Below are positions 34,477 through 49,200 of a stretch of DNA of 64,000 bases, piece after piece; the stretch's first letter is position 1; each line of letters starts with the position of its first letter. Under the pieces are notes generated by a model that saw only the letters and a list, made by a program, of their open reading frames with translations, did not search any database and was not told the origin of the DNA. Origin of the DNA: Phallusia mammillata (lineage: Eukaryota); assembly GCA_965637545.1 (NCBI GenBank), contig OZ281497.1, positions 22,320,001 to 22,384,000 on the forward strand. The letters run 5' to 3'. Both the position numbers and the translations under genes were made by a program.

Positions 34477-36504
34477 GATGATTTATCGGAAGTCTCCGGG
34501 AGAGTACGCAAGATTTCAGCTAATGGGTTGGTTATTAGTCGAAATTCTGATGATTGTCTCGTTAAAGGAGGTTATACTTGTGTGCGAAGGTGCAAGTACA
34601 ACAACGATGTTGTGGCTGCAAAGTGCTACAGCTTAACATTTAGCGGCGATGAATTACAAACTAAAAGTATGGGGTAAGCTGACATTGGAGTCTTGTTTAA
34701 ATGACTTGTTTTTGCGGTTCAATGACCTATATGTGTTTTGTAATTCAGGTTTCTGACAGAAGTAAACTCCTTGGCCCGAATCGACTACAAACATATTGTA
34801 AAAGTGTTTGGATACGCCATTTGGAAAGAATGCAACGTGGCAATTGTCATGGAGTATGTGCAGGGAAAAAATCTAAAGTCATATTTGCATAACCCGAATA
34901 GAAAAATAGCTTGGCCAATTCGGTTAAAGATTGTTTACCAACTTTCTTTAGCTTTAAAGTATTTGCACAATTATGAGCCAGAACATGCACTTCGTCATGG
35001 GGATGTCAAACCAGAAAACATAATAATCACCAAAAAATGTATCCTTAAATTAACCGATTTTGGAGCGGCAACATCATTAGATTTAGAGCCACTGGTCTTG
35101 ACACAAGCACAACCGAAGTTCTATTGACTGGGCAGTCAACCATATTATATGCTCCTCCTGAAGTTGAAAACCTAAATGTGCTTGGTAACATGTAGAGGTA
35201 TTGAAACTCTGGGAAAATGTATTTGCGAAATGTATGGTGTGTCATGTTGCTGTGTAAAAAAATAGTTGTTTTATTATAGTTTTGTTGTAATCTTAGCGTT
35301 GCAGCCTTGTCATGGTGGTTTATGAGATCATTACAATGATCACGCCATTTTCGGAGTGTAAATGTCACCCATCAGTCTTATTAGCATCAAAACAAAACGG
35401 GAAAAACCTACTAAGGAACTTGATGAAGTCGGATCCAATTAAATTCCCAATTGCAACCTTTCTACGAAGGTCTATTGCATATCATGAAGAAATGCTGGGA
35501 TAAAACTCCGCTGGACTGCTTCACAAGGTAACTACTGCGATGTAATGCGAGTAAAATTACAATTTACCGATACGATGGATGTGCTGTTTAACAGTTGTTG
35601 AATATTTTTGAAGCAAATTTTAAAAGCAAGCTTGAAAGCGAAGTCGACGGAGATCTATTTGAGCATCTTACCGATATCAGTTTTGAAAGAAATGATGAAA
35701 AAGTTTAACTGTCGAGGTTTAACGCCCCGATCCAAGATTGTCCCAAACCAAAAACCAAAGAATTAGGTAACCAAAATTTTCAAAATAAAGCACACTTGAA
35801 ACGCCTAAATATTTGCTTCAAGTTTACAATCTTTTATGCTTTTAAATATTTTAATTATTAGCACTAACAGCAGTATCTCTCTATTTGGCAATTATAAAAG
35901 TTGTTTTAAAAAATATATATTTTTAGTAACGCCTGTAGAAAAAAATATTTTTTAAAACGTTTTCAGCGGTGTTTTTTGAAAGTATTTCGACTATAACAAA
36001 CTTTCCTTTGTTTAATAGTGCCCCATCGGAATAATTTTATTGACATGAGTCATAATTCACTAGCTCCCATACGTCGTATACCACGATTTTGTGGTAAGTA
36101 CATCTAAACATTACAGTTTTAATTTGGGTAAAGAACAGTGTGTAAAATAGTTAAAAAAATAAATTTCAAAAAATAATTGTATTCCCCTGAATAAAGTATG
36201 GAATCCCTTAAGTTCCCAGGGAGTACAGGGGGTCTTCCGTCGCAAAAGCGCCGTTACACAAAACCACTGGCGACCGGATTTGAAACCAGGAAGTACGATA
36301 TATCATACTTGTGATGAAGGAAATCGGTTGAGAGGTTTTATAGATGGTAATCAAGGCACTTTCTTCACTGCTCAAATAGACAAAATCCATACATATGGTA
36401 TGGTAGTCCCTACAGAGATAACCGAAATGCCCTTGGCTCTTCAAAGCATTTTTCCGAATGGCTATGTGACTGGTATCAATTCTTCGAAATTCTCTCACAT
36501 GTAA
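34477..36504 (+). pseudogene. TKL kinase type C, copy C2 (multiple lesions, first exon not found)
   Basis: G-loop degenerate (VKGG); HGDVKPEN and DFG present; frameshifts after DFG, in exon 4 and in the last exon. Confidence 0.85.
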
Positions 36505-37649
36505 TGATACCAGGTTGTCTTTGCACTTCAAAATATCCGCAACTTTTGTCACAGAAATAGGTTTGTTCCAATCATTGCCTTGGTAGGTGTAAACGTTAAT
36601 AGGTGAAATGACGCATGAATATTCCTTCAAATGTGTGCGTATGTCTTTTCACTCTTTACCAAATGTAGTAAATGCCGTGGCAAACTAATTTGGCCCTAAA
36701 AACGTTAGATATGTAACCCAAATAAGGGAATCAAACAAGCACGAACTTTAAAGCCTGATGAAAAGCAAAATGAACTAAAATTAAAACACAGCGAATCCTG
36801 TTATTTCACCGTGTTAACAACCAGGTATGCCAATATTGGCATTTGTATGTAGTTTTTGCCCTTTCGTTTCCACACTTTCTCATTGTTTCGTATCGTTACT
36901 GTTTGACGTCCCTACTGGCAAACTGTACCGTTTTCTGCACTTGCTATTGTGATGATGACGACTGCTGTGGTCTGTTATATGTGTATATGTGTGCAAACTT
37001 TTAGCAGCTTTTCAGTAGTAATCGTATGTACTTGATCTTTGCGTACTGAATTCAAAGACTTAGTTGAATTCAAAGATCGCCCTTTTAGCCATTCACAGAG
37101 TCAGTTTGTGAATAGAATGTTTTTACCGCAATAGCACGCTTGAATAAACGACTGAGATTGTTTTTGCTTTGTGCCTGTTGACCATTTGACATTTTACCTC
37201 TGTTGCATCACAACGGGATTCAAATGTCACAATGCATTTTGGTTTGTCGCTTAAGAAGAACTTTTTCAAACAGGTTTTATGCTATTTTAAAACGCCAAAA
37301 TTTTTAAAACCACTCGTTCGTTTCAAATCGCAATTTATCAATTCGTTGTGCGCGAATTAAGACAGTGTCGCGGATCCCCGGTTAAAATACATTGCTCTAC
37401 TCGAAAGGTTTACTGGCTTACGCGAGTATATACAGTTGGAATACCACAGCATGTACATCACGTTTGAATTAAACTATATTGGGCGGTGGCACCACAAATA
37501 TTGTCAATGAACGCTCGGTGTCAATACATAAAGATGCTTATTTCATCACAAATAGTCATACAAAGCAATTTTTGGTAAAACGATTTACTGTTGTTTGTCT
37601 ACGCTTTTAAAGCAGAACCAACAATATATACATGAAAATCAACTTTTAA

Positions 37650-39153
37650 TCATTTCGAAAGGGCGAAAAACTGATCCAATCCTACACGATTCGAGGCCTG
37701 ACTGGGTTCAGGAATCTCAAACGTGGCTGTCTCATTGGTTTCCGTTTCGTCACCAAATTCATCCTTAATGATGCCCCGAACTTCTTCTTCCACTGTAAAA
37801 GACAGAACACATTTATGATGACTACAAGAAAATGAAAGCGTGTACACTTGGAGTTTGAATGGAAATCTTAAGCCTAACTATAATTTAATGACAAACACTA
37901 GATTCTGTGGGAAATACCGTTTTTAATCTTGGGACGATTGCTCGGATTCTGCGACCAGCAGGATACAACTATTGATTTCATCGGATCGTTTGCATCAAAA
38001 CGCTCCGCATCTGGCCGTTGTTCATCTTTAATCGCACCGATTAATGCCAAACTGTTCATTCCAAGAAAGTCATCACTTGCTAACCTTTCCGTTACAATTT
38101 CATATGTCACCACGGCAAAACTGCAATATATTAAAAACGGCTGTGCATTTTTTGTAATCATTTGCTCGCTTTGAAAATACAGCTTTTTAAAACAGTTTCA
38201 TGTGTTTGTAAGCACACTAAAAAACTGCTGTGTGTTTTGTAAAAATATAGCTCACCTGTACACATCCCTTGCGTGTTCATTATATCCTTCCCCATTTAGA
38301 ATTTCAGGCGCAGAGTACAGAAGAGTGTGAACTGTGGATATATCCAGCGTCAAGCTTGACGACTGGCATCCAGTTGCTGCTCTAACATTGGCGGCACCAA
38401 AGTCAGCAAGCTTCAAGACAAATTGTGGTGTGATTAAAATATTACTTGCTTTTATATCACCGTGAGTAAATTTCTTTTGGGAGTCGAGGGTGTGCAAGTA
38501 GTTAATAGCTGCAGACAGTTGGTGTATCAACTGCAAGCCAGTGCTTCTTGAAAATTGAATTTGTTTGTCTTTGATCAAATTTGCCAAGGTTTTTCCACCG
38601 ACGTACTCAAGAATAAGTCCAACGTTGCTGTTCCATGTAGTAACAGCGCATACCTCCACGATGTTAGGGTGGTTTATCCTTGCTAATACATGTGCTTCGG
38701 TCTTAAACCTTTAACAATACGAAACGGAAACATAAACTGTCCGGAATAAAATAAACCGTAGTTGTGTTTTACATTTTAGTGCAATGTTTTCATGTTGGAT
38801 TTTTGATATAATTTTGGTAAGTATAAAATCTGCAATAAAGTGTTTACTTACGAATTCCAGCTACAAATCATATCTTCGGGGGTGCCAGTCAGTTCAGTAC
38901 ACTTAACAGCAACTTCTCCCAACCTGTCGTGATAACAGCGACGCACAGCACCAAAACTTCCAGACCCAATGTAATCAACTTCGTTAAAACTGGTTTTTAA
39001 ATCGTTTGCCAACAACTCCGGCAATGCATGAGGCAACTCGTTCATCTGTAAATCAATAAACCTTATCTGTTTGCATTATATTGGATTTTAAATAGAGCAA
39101 ATTATTCTTACCAAGCGCCTTTCCATTTCCACTTGGGTTTGCGCTGACGCCAT
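37650..39153 (-). CDS. TKL kinase type B, copy B3 (apparently intact). Exons 39153-39112, 39045-38852, 38708-38256, 38120-37918, 37792-37650
   Basis: Same motifs and splice phases as B2; tail RVGLDQFFALSK. Confidence 0.82.
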
Positions 39154-39772
39154 TTTCACTGTCGCAATTTTGTGACGCTTTGTCTGGCCTTTTGTCTGCA
39201 AAGTAACGTGAAACCGATGTGAGATTGTAAATATTGCGTAAGGGTGATACAGTGCACTAGAAATATAAACTTTGTTACAGGTAACTCTATTTCTGCCGAG
39301 TTTTTCATATTTACAAGTTGAAATTGTCTTTGTATAAATTTTATTCTATTACACAACATGACTGGAAAATAAGGTTTATAACTTGGCTTTTAACTCTTGT
39401 GTGTTTAAAACCCTACAGGTGTGGAACTTAATTGTGTTTCTAGGGTTACGAATTAGTGGCCGCTGTGTGTAGGCTATCGATTTATTACCTGCCGACTAGG
39501 AAAACTTCATTTAAATTGATAAATGGGGTAATAATTGCGTATAGTTATGTAAGCTACAGTTGTGTATTGTTTTGACTTAACAATTTGCATTTATTTTTCA
39601 AATGTTTAATTTAGCCCAGCTGCTTCAAAAGATTGATGGCTACAAGAAATATTTGTACAAAGTTGTTGTTTTCCATTTGACTATTTTTCAAGCGTCAACT
39701 GTGCACCAAGCGAAAGATAAAAGATTTGATAAAAGATTGCTGAATCGGAAACGATAAATTAATGTGCAAGTA
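39154..39772. promoter_or_regulatory. Putative bidirectional promoter between B3 and C3
   Basis: About 620 bp between the divergent ATGs; homologous to 20222-20812. Confidence 0.5.
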
Positions 39773-42106
39773 ATGCAAAGTGATGTAAGTTTACGCAAAA
39801 CTTTTAGACGTGGAGTCACTTTTTTCCCCTTTTTAAATAAACGAAAACCGTACATTGTAAGTAAAAAGTTTTTAATTTCCTTGTGTGTACATGCACATAA
39901 CTGTATAATATTATTGGACATACTTGTGTTCAAAAAATTATTGTACTTCACTTCGTTTCGATTAAAATTTGACATAAAAACAATGAAAATAAAGAAGCTT
40001 TGTCTAAATCTAAAGCTATTTCAGGGTAATTTTTTGAATACTTGTATGTTTTGGGGTGGTTTTAGGCTGATTTACCGGAAGTCTCGCAAAGAGTACCTAA
40101 GATTTCAGCCGATGCATTGTTTACCAGTCGGAATGCAGATGACTTTTTAGGTAAAGGAGGTTATGCTTCTGTGCGAAGGTGCAAGAACAACAACGATGTT
40201 GTGGCTGCAAAGTGCTACAGCCTGACCTTTAGCGGCGATGAGCTACAATCTAAAACTAGTGGGTAAGCTGACATTGAAGTCTTCTTTGCATGACCTGTTT
40301 TTCCTAATTTGGCGACCTATATGTGTTTTGTAATTCAGGTTTCTGACAGAAGTAAATTCCTTGGCCCGAATCAACTACAAACATATTGTAAAAGTTTTTG
40401 GATACGCGATTTGGAAAATGTGCAACGTGGCAATCATCGTGGAGTACGTGCAGGGGAAAAATCTAAAATCCTATTTGCACCAAAATCCCAAACAGGAAAT
40501 ACCTTGGCCGATTCGGTTGAAAATTGCTTACCAACTTTCCTTAGCTTTAAAGTATTTGCACAACTATGAGCCAGGACATGCACTTCGTCATGGGGATGTC
40601 AAACCAGAAAGCATAATAATCACCAAAAAATGTGTCCTTAAATTAACCGACTTTGGGGCGGCACAGATCATTCGATCCACTGGTCTTGACACAAGCACAT
40701 CCGAAGTTCCAGCGACTAGGCAGTCAACATTATTTTATGCACCTCCCGAAGTTGAAGACCTAAATGTGCTTGGCGACATGTACAGGTATTGAAACTCGTA
40801 TTTGTGTAATGTTGCTGTGTGAAATATTTTGTTATAGTTTTGTTGTAATCTTAACGTTGCAGCCTTGCAATGGTTGTTTACGAGGTCATTACCAGGATCA
40901 CTCCATTTTCGGAGTACAAAGTTGTCCATCCAGTCTTGTTTACTTTAAAACAATGTGGAAAAAACCAACCATGGAACTTGATAATGTCGGCTCCACTTTG
41001 ATGTCAGAATTGAAAACTATCTACGATGGTCTGAGGCACATCATGGAAAATTGCTGGGATCAAACTCCAGAAAACCGCTGGACTGCTTCACGTGGTAACT
41101 ACTGCGGTGTAACTCGAGTAAAATCACAATTTACTAATACAATAGATGTGCTGTTTTACAGTTGTTGAATATTTGGAAACAAATTTTATAAGTCAGCTTA
41201 TGAGCAAAGTCAATGGAGATCTATTTGAGCATCTTACCGACTTTAGTTTTAAAAGTAATGGAGAAAAAGTTAAACTGTCGAGGTTCAACGCTCCGTTCCA
41301 AGAGTGTCCCAGACCAAAAGCCAAAGCAGGTAAACAAAATTTTTAAATCAAGCACACTTGAAACGCAATAAAAATTTGCCTTAAGGTTACAATGTTAGCT
41401 ATTATGCTTTTGAATTATTGAGTTATTAGCACCAATAGTACCAATAGCAGTATCTCTCTCTCTTTGGCAATTATAAAAGTTGCTTTAAAAATTTATATAT
41501 TTTTGGTAACACCACTTAGAAAACAAAATGTTTTTTGAAACGTTTTTAGCAGAGTTTTAATGAAAGTATTTGGCTATGATAGACTTCTTTTGTTCAACAG
41601 TGTCCCGTCGGAATAATTATATTGAAATAAGTCCTCATTCACCAGCTCCAATGCGTAATACGCCATGGCCTTATGGTGAGTAAATCTAAACATAACCCCT
41701 ATTGTTTTAGTTAAAGAACAATGTGTGTAATAGTTTACAAAAGTAAATTTCAAAAAATAATTGCATCCCTCCCTCTCAAATAGGCATGGAATCACCGAAC
41801 TTCCAAGTGAATACAGGGGGTTTTCCGTCGCAACGGCACCAGTTTACAATGATGACTCACCGCTGGCGACAGTATTTGGAACCAGGAAACACGATATATT
41901 ATAATTTTAGTGAAGGAAATCGATGGGGAGTTTTCATAGATGGTAATCAAAGCGGTTTCGTAACTGGCTTCATAGACAAAATCAATACATACGATATGGC
42001 AGTTCTGACCAACACATCCGAAACGTCCTGGGCTCTTCAACGCATTTTTCCGGATGCCAATGTTAAAAATATCAAATTATCTAATTACACCCCATCAGTG
42101 ATCTAA
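39773..42106 (+). pseudogene. TKL kinase type C, copy C3. Exons 39773-39784, 40066-40262, 40339-40785, 40863-41094, 41162-41329, 41784-42106
   Basis: Complete exon set, but the catalytic loop reads HGDVKPES (Asn to Ser) and an A-run near 40960 is 1 nt short, shifting the frame. The frameshift could be a homopolymer assembly error. Confidence 0.7.
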
Positions 42107-44707
42107 TGATGTGCCATGTTGCCTTTGCACTTCAAAATGACTCGCAACTTTTGACACAGGTTTGTTTCAATCATTGCCTAGGTGTAAACGTGAACAGGTG
42201 AAATGTCACATCAACATTTGTCAAATGTGTGTTTTGGCGCTGAAAATGTTAGCCCAAGTGAGCAAATCCAAAATCATGCTGCAAATTTGCTTTAATACGG
42301 TAAATTACTAGTCAATCTTTAAAAAATTAACAAAGAAGTAAAAAGCGCAATATATTACAAAGGATATTGTCACGAAGGGTGCAGAAATTTTCAAAAGCCT
42401 CACTATTGCTTTGCTCAAACACGAACTAAAAAACTTGATCAACAACCCAATGATCTAATTCAGTGGTTCTTAATGTTTTAATTCCGGGCCGAACGTCTAC
42501 GCTATTTTTCAGCCGTTGGTCGAACCCCAATAACGTATACATTCTGGATCTTTAACCCAGCATTTTGTTTTGTGTGTCATAATTAACTTGACCCAACATA
42601 GTGGTAACAGATACTGTTTGTCATTTTGTTAAATTCTGCATGATAATACAATCAGCTTGTTTCACGATAGCTTTAATTCCGGCATTTTTTATAGCAATTG
42701 TGCACAAACATGAAAAAGAAGAAGTAATTGGTTTTGCTGCCAACTTAATTTCGTTGTTTCTCGGCTTATGAAAAAATCGACTATTTTAGCTTTAAAAGCT
42801 TATTTATCGGATAACAATCAGAATGCGGTCTTTAAAAAATCGATTATGTTGGCCAAAAATAGTTATTTACTTTTGTAAACAATAATGTTTTTCAAGTTTA
42901 TTGCGAATATGTAATGCGCGACTGCTTTTAATGTACCGTGGTTCAATTTCAAAGAGGTTCTCCAGTTAACTACCTTTGTCAAGATTTTTAGAAAGATCAG
43001 AAATGGTAATTTGTGTTTATATGATCAGTTTACTTTCGTTTGTGCACATGTTTGTTAAAAAAAAGTAAAATTAAACCTCGGTTGAGAAACAAGAATAAAA
43101 GCAGTGTTTTGGGGTCCAGCGGCTCTGACCTTGCGGTCGATTTCTTGCCCCACTTGGGGACTTTTTAAAATTAATGGCATTCATAAACTTGTCGCTCTAT
43201 AGCGCCGTTGTGCGTTTGCTTGTAGTTCATTTTACTGCATTTGTCAAGCTTGGTAAAAAATTTGTTTGTGTTTACATGATTTCTTGCAGCTGTGTATACG
43301 TTTGTATAATAGTAGAAATTTATAGAAAACACAAAATACAATTTTTACGTGTCTAAATATGTCCATATGCATTAGCGTGACTATAAACAATATGGACCGC
43401 AATGTTCCAAAACAGGAGACCGAACCCAAAGGTATAAGCGATTTTTTTAAGTCGGATAGTTATCAAGGTGAAGCTATAAATGCGACAGGGTTTTATGGAA
43501 AGCGCGAACAGGCTTTTGACTGGGTTCAAGTCCAAAGTGATAAAATTAGAAAACTATATTGTAACATGTAGGGGCAGAAAGTACAAAAATGTCCACATAA
43601 TCCCTTGCTTTTAAACAAGAACTCAAAAAATTCAATGAACAACAAAACGCGAGGGAAAGAAGAAAAAAACAAATTTCATTAGCAAGATCTGCATTTGTTT
43701 AAACAGTTTTTGTGCTTTCGTTTCCACAACTTGTCTCACCATTATTTTCGTATCGTTACTGTAGAAGTTGCCACTGACATCATAGTGGCGATTTTTTAGT
43801 TACCAGGGTATACACAACGTATGGTGATGACCATGGCGGGAAAAAGTGGGTAAGTTGGGAAGCTCCTTCCCGGGAAATTGGTCGTTCTCGAGGGAAATTT
43901 TTATTGGCTGTTTGTCTGACAGGTGGATAAAAAGTCGATAAACATTGCGGTAGAATAACATAACTCCGGCAGCTACTATTAGTTAGCTAAAACCGACGAT
44001 ATCATGATGCGTGGTGTGTCTATATTTTAAGGTTGCAGCGGCGCGCAGGTTAATACAGTGCGTGAGGTATATGTGTAGGCGTAGAGTTTAACAAAAATCC
44101 TGGGGGTGCGACTTTTGATAATCGGCGCCCATATCAACACCATTTACAGTTTCTGTACCGTATCGGACCAAATACCAATACATTTTGCGGGTTTTAGCCT
44201 GTAGTTACTATCACATTATTTTGCAAATAGTTACTTGACACAATTTCTTTATGTGGTTGTGACGTTTGTTGTGCATCTTATAACATATGCACGTACGGAA
44301 CGAACGATTTGCCGAACGGAACGAACGATTTAAACGCTCATTCAGTTTTTAAGCAATTTTGTTACGGCGGGAAATAAGAGTAAAAGCGATTCACGTTTCA
44401 AATATAGCCGATTATGTATTGTTAACACCTAAACGGAGGTCACCTTGCATTTGATAAAGGTTAGGACAGGGGTACGTGTACCCCTTGGGGATACCAAGCA
44501 CCAAAGCAGGGGGTGCGACATGTAGGGTGAAATGATACTCTATTTGGGCATATTTGTGAAGAATGCTTACCAAGTTACTTTGTTATATGTCTTTGACTTA
44601 TTGTTTTACCAACTTTCAGGCCTAACCCTGGTTTAAAATTCAACGGATTGGAGCTGAGTTTCGAGATTTTACTCTCGGGCTATAGCAACAAAATTCTGTT
44701 TAAATAC

Positions 44708-45458
44708 TCATTTAAATTGGACTCGAGATGGTCTCCTCCAAAACATATGCTGTAACATTTCGCAGTCACAACTTGATTGGATCCTTTGATCTTTGATTGA
44801 CATTTTCGAATCGCACCGTATCTTCCTTTTCCGATAAAATGATCTCGGTTGCAACTGGTCACAAAGTCACTTGCTTTAAAAAGTTTTGCTCTTTGCGATA
44901 CACCAGGTATACTCTCCTGTAGCAACACAAAAGTTATGATTTAGACCAGTGGTTCTTAACCTTTTTTCCTTGCTGCACCCCTTTCAAATCACTAACCAAT
45001 TTTCGCACCCCCTTTCAAATCACTAACCAATTTTCGCACCCCCTTTCAAATCACTAACCAATTTTCGCACCCCCTTTCAAATCACCAACCAATTTTAGCT
45101 CCCCCTTCTGTAATTGCTTAAATGGAATAGACCTAACCAACCTTAATGATTCAGCATCCCCGCACCCCCTAGGAACAGTTCTCGCACCCCTTGGGGGTGC
45201 GTGCACCCCAGGTTAAGAACCCCTGATTTAGACAATATAATAACATTAGAAATTAGATAAAATCAATACTAAGTGCCGTATATTTAACACTACAGGTTGC
45301 TTCAATCTAAAAAATAGGAGAATAGACCTTTCTTGTTTTGAACGTGACGTAAAACACTGTAGGCTATATTGTTTGATCTTATTCCAAAAGGCCCTTACTT
45401 ATACTGAGGCTTTAAACTTAAGCTTATTAAAATATTGGTGACTTACTTCCATTTCCAT
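44708..45458 (-). pseudogene. TKL kinase type A, copy A3, 5' fragment (exons 1-2 only)
   Basis: MEME micro-exon at 45447-45458 and exon 2 at 44916-44708 (IGKGRYG, VTAK). Homology to A2 and A4 ends near 44600 and no later exons were found. Confidence 0.8.
44947..45225. mobile_element. hAT-type MITE (GGTTCTTAACC family) with a ~31-bp internal tandem repeat, in A3 intron 1
   Basis: TIR CAGTGGTTCTTAACCT / GGTTAAGAACCCCTG; perfect TSD ATTTAGAC; reverse-complement of the element at 55909-56125. Confidence 0.9.
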
Positions 45459-46244
45459 AAACCAGTTGAAAAGCAAATTTCTAAATATTTAAAAACAATT
45501 AACTGAAACAGTGTTGTCCATATTCCACTACAAAAAGAATGCAAGATTTCAAAATTAATACAGGTGGTCCAAACTTAGATAATATATGATAATCTTTTAA
45601 AAGTACCTTATTTTGTCTAAGTTAGTATTTGAATCATTTCTGTCCTAAACGTAAACACTCTAGTCTAACGTTTCAAAGTACATGGCGCCATTAATCGATG
45701 TTAAATTTCGACTCACTGTGTTTATTCATCCATGACCCTTTCCCGGTTGAAAGTAAATTGTGTAATATCTCAGTTTCGGTGTTCACGTATATGATCAAAA
45801 ACATTCTGAAGCTTATATATTTTTTAATGTTTTCAACGGTACGTTTTCTTAAAAAAAAATGATTGTGTTAAAATGTTTCAAGACAAAAGCCTCATTTCTT
45901 TCCTTTTTGCAAAAACAATAGATCAAAACAATTTCCCGGTAATTCGGCTTTGTGCCATGACCCAACTTTGAAATACAACGCTCAACTTTGCAGGCTAGTT
46001 ACGAGATTATACAAGTGTATGATGTTCAAACGCTTTACGGCACGTTTACCACGGTTTAATTCAACTATACTGCGCGGTGGCACCTTGCATATTTCCAAAG
46101 GAATCTCCGTTTTGATACACAAGGATGCATATTTTATTACAAATAATCATACGAAACAAAAACAAATTGCAACGAAGATTGCTATGTGTTTGTCGTTGTT
46201 GGTCGTTAACGCTTTCAACGTGAAACCAACAACGCACATGAAAG

Positions 46245-49200
46245 TCAAACCACGATCCGCTTGTAAGGGCGGAGAAACTTATCCAAGCCCACGCGGATAG
46301 AAGCCTGACTGCGTTCAGGAATCTCAAACGTGGCTGCCTCATTGGTTTCCATTTCGTCACCTGGTTCTTGCGCAATGATGCGTTGAACTTCATTCTCAAC
46401 TGTGAAAGAGAATACTCTATTCATATTGACTTAAATTTACCATGAAAAAAAGCATATATATATATATAACATTAAGCTCTACTGTGATTTAATAACAAAT
46501 ACCAGACTATTGGGGAAACATGTACCCTTGATAATCTTTGGACGATTATTTGGATTTTGCGACCAGCAGGATACAACTATTAATTTCATCGGATCGTTTG
46601 CATCAAAACGCTCCACATCTGGTCGTTGTCCATCTTTAATCGCACCGATTAATGCCAAATTGTCCATTCCAAGAAAGTCATTACTTGCTAATCTTTGCGT
46701 TACAATTTCATATGCCACCACGGCAAAACTGCAAAAGATTTAAAGAAGCGTACAGGTTTTGCAATTGATTAATTACGTATTTCTATGAAAAAAGCTTTTT
46801 TAAACATTCAGGCTTGTTGATGTGGCTAAAACTGTTTGGTTTAAAAAACTATTTGCTGTTTATAAGCATCAGCTCACCTGTATATATCCCTTGGTTGGTC
46901 ATTATATCCTTCCCCATTCAAAATTTCAGGCGCAGAGTACAGAAGAGTGTGAACTGTGGATATATCCAGCGTCAAGCTTGACGACTGGCATCCAGTCGCT
47001 GATCTAACATTGGCGGCACCAAAGTCAGCAAGCTTCAAGACAAATTGTGGTGTGATTAAAATTGTTACATCGCCTTGTACATATGTTTATGTTTTCTGTG
47101 TTTCCCGCCAGTAGCCTTGATTCGTGTGTATGACGCAGTGTTGTGCAACCTGATACATTGTCTGGCACACTATCGGTGATTGTGATGTCACAACTTTGAC
47201 ATTGTTTATTGGTATCACGTCTTGTAAGCAAGACCGCCTCGTGTTTATTAGTGACTGGAACTTACAGCGTCTGCATGCGTTTTTTAACTGGTCATTTATG
47301 TTTGTTTTTTATGTAACAAACAGGAAAATTATGCTGTTTAGAAACTGAATCGTCCAATGTGTGACTTGTATATTTAGTGATCGGTAAGCATATGTTTAAA
47401 CCTTGTTGTGACCTTTTGGATTTGAATTTATATGAAACCTGTATTCAGACGTGAATTCCGCCGTCGTCCAACCCCGTGTTATTCTGAACCGAACTGTGTT
47501 ATTCCGGTAAGATTATTGTTGCTTAAGTTTGCCGTCAGTCACTAGTGTGATTAAGTGATGTTTATATGTGATGTTATTAGATGCTGTGTTTACAGACCTT
47601 CTACTGATCGCTTGCATTTAAACGACTCCAGTCCTTTAATAGTTTGGTAAGCGTAAATGTCATTGAAATTCTCCTTCTGTTGCCTTGTCTTAATTTGAAC
47701 ATTTTTTGTAGAAACCGCCTTTTGACCCCTTGTACTCGCCGTGCTGCCATACTCTCGAGCGCCATCTTTCGGCTATATTGTAAAATAAAGAGTTCGTTAT
47801 ATAGCTGCTGGCGTCTTGGAGTTTGAGCGCAAGGAAAGGCGCGTTAAAGACAATTTTAGGAACACAAGCGATCGCCCCTGTTGTGCTGTCTGGAGGCGCA
47901 TGGAGTCACGCCTTCCGATAATTAAAGACAGCGCAACATCGTTTCAAACTTCTGGACACTTGAACACCCACGGCTTGTTGATTGACGTCAAGCATGGAAA
48001 ACTTCACAATGGAAACTGACAAAGGCGCCATTCCTGCGCCTGAGTCACATGACTCACTCTCCACTGTCGAAATCACTGACAAAGACAAAATTTCCAGTTA
48101 TACATACGCTTGGCAACAAGCTTGTTTGCGAGTTGAAGAATTAATGCTAAAAACCGAAAATGTCACCCTCGTAAAGGAGTTTGTTCTAGTGATTGAAAGA
48201 ACCTTCAGCGATCTCGTCGCCGCGTATGCCCCCTTTGAGGAAGGTAACGAAGCCATGTCTCAAGCACGACGGGCATGCCAACAGGATAAACGTGAACTGG
48301 ATTCCCGTGTACAGGAATGGTTCGTAAACGTCGAGAAATCCATGGGTCGCCACGAAACTCGATCGAGTTACACGTCCAGCTCCCATCTCGGTTCGGCAAG
48401 TACTCGCACGTCTGGTTCGACGGAAAGTTGCCGAAAAGCTGCCAGGGTACGGATGCGCGTAGCTCGCTTGTCGCGACAGCAACTCGACGAAGATGTCGCC
48501 TTAGAGACCCAACAAGCTGACATGCAAGCCGCTTTCGCTAAGCAGCAAGCCGCTTTCGAAAAGCAGCAGGCCGCCATCGATGCCAAACGAAGAATAAAAA
48601 ATAGGGACAATGAAGTCGCGTTGGCCGAAGCCGAGTTCCTTGCTTGGGACGAAGAGTTGGAGAACGAAGGTAGACCGGTCGTGCACAAACCACAGATTAA
48701 TGACTTGTCGCCACCGGTTGCATCACTTGGCAATTGTTCCAGGGAGCCCGTATATTCTCCACCACGTTCATCCGCTGGGGCCCAGACTCCGACAAATCCC
48801 GTAAAAATGTCACGCCCGCAAATTTCGAAAATGGATATAAAGCCTATACTTGCTCCTGCTGTTGTTCCACGTGTCGAAGGGTCGCGTACCGATTCCGACT
48901 CATATCCTCCATACATGTACAAACCGCGTGCTTCTTCCCCGCCTCGATGTGCTTCCGACACCGATTTCGTTCAACAACAAATAGTTCTGCCTCAGCCGGC
49001 CATCAAGAAGTTCGACGGCGACCCGTTGAACTACTGGTCGTTTGTTCGAGCCATTGAGTCGCATGTTCATCGCAGAACAAAATCCGAAGAATCGCGACTA
49101 GTTTGCTTGCTTCAATACTGTGAAGATTCTGTTGCTGACAAGCTCGAAATCTACAGCAAGGATGCAGTCTCTGGTTACTCTAAGGCGCTTTCCCGACTGT

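Noticed and set aside
36208-36630. Minus-strand ORFs over the type C last exon (also 27806, 41792, 58824)
   Set aside because: Antisense shadows of the plus-strand exon, which has proper splice acceptors and homology to type A.
42461-43700. Insertion beginning CAGTGGTTCT in the C3 3' flank, with a 70-aa ORF
   Set aside because: Probably nested transposon debris, but I could not define a right terminus, TSD or protein family.
44981-45105. ~31-bp direct repeats that could be mistaken for a CRISPR array
   Set aside because: Head-to-tail with no spacers, inside a MITE, in eukaryotic DNA.
45950-46399. Plus- and minus-strand ORFs repeated at 18256-18492 and 45950-46399
   Set aside because: Frames are not conserved between copies and there are no domain motifs; best explained as duplicated 3' UTR or intergenic DNA of type B.
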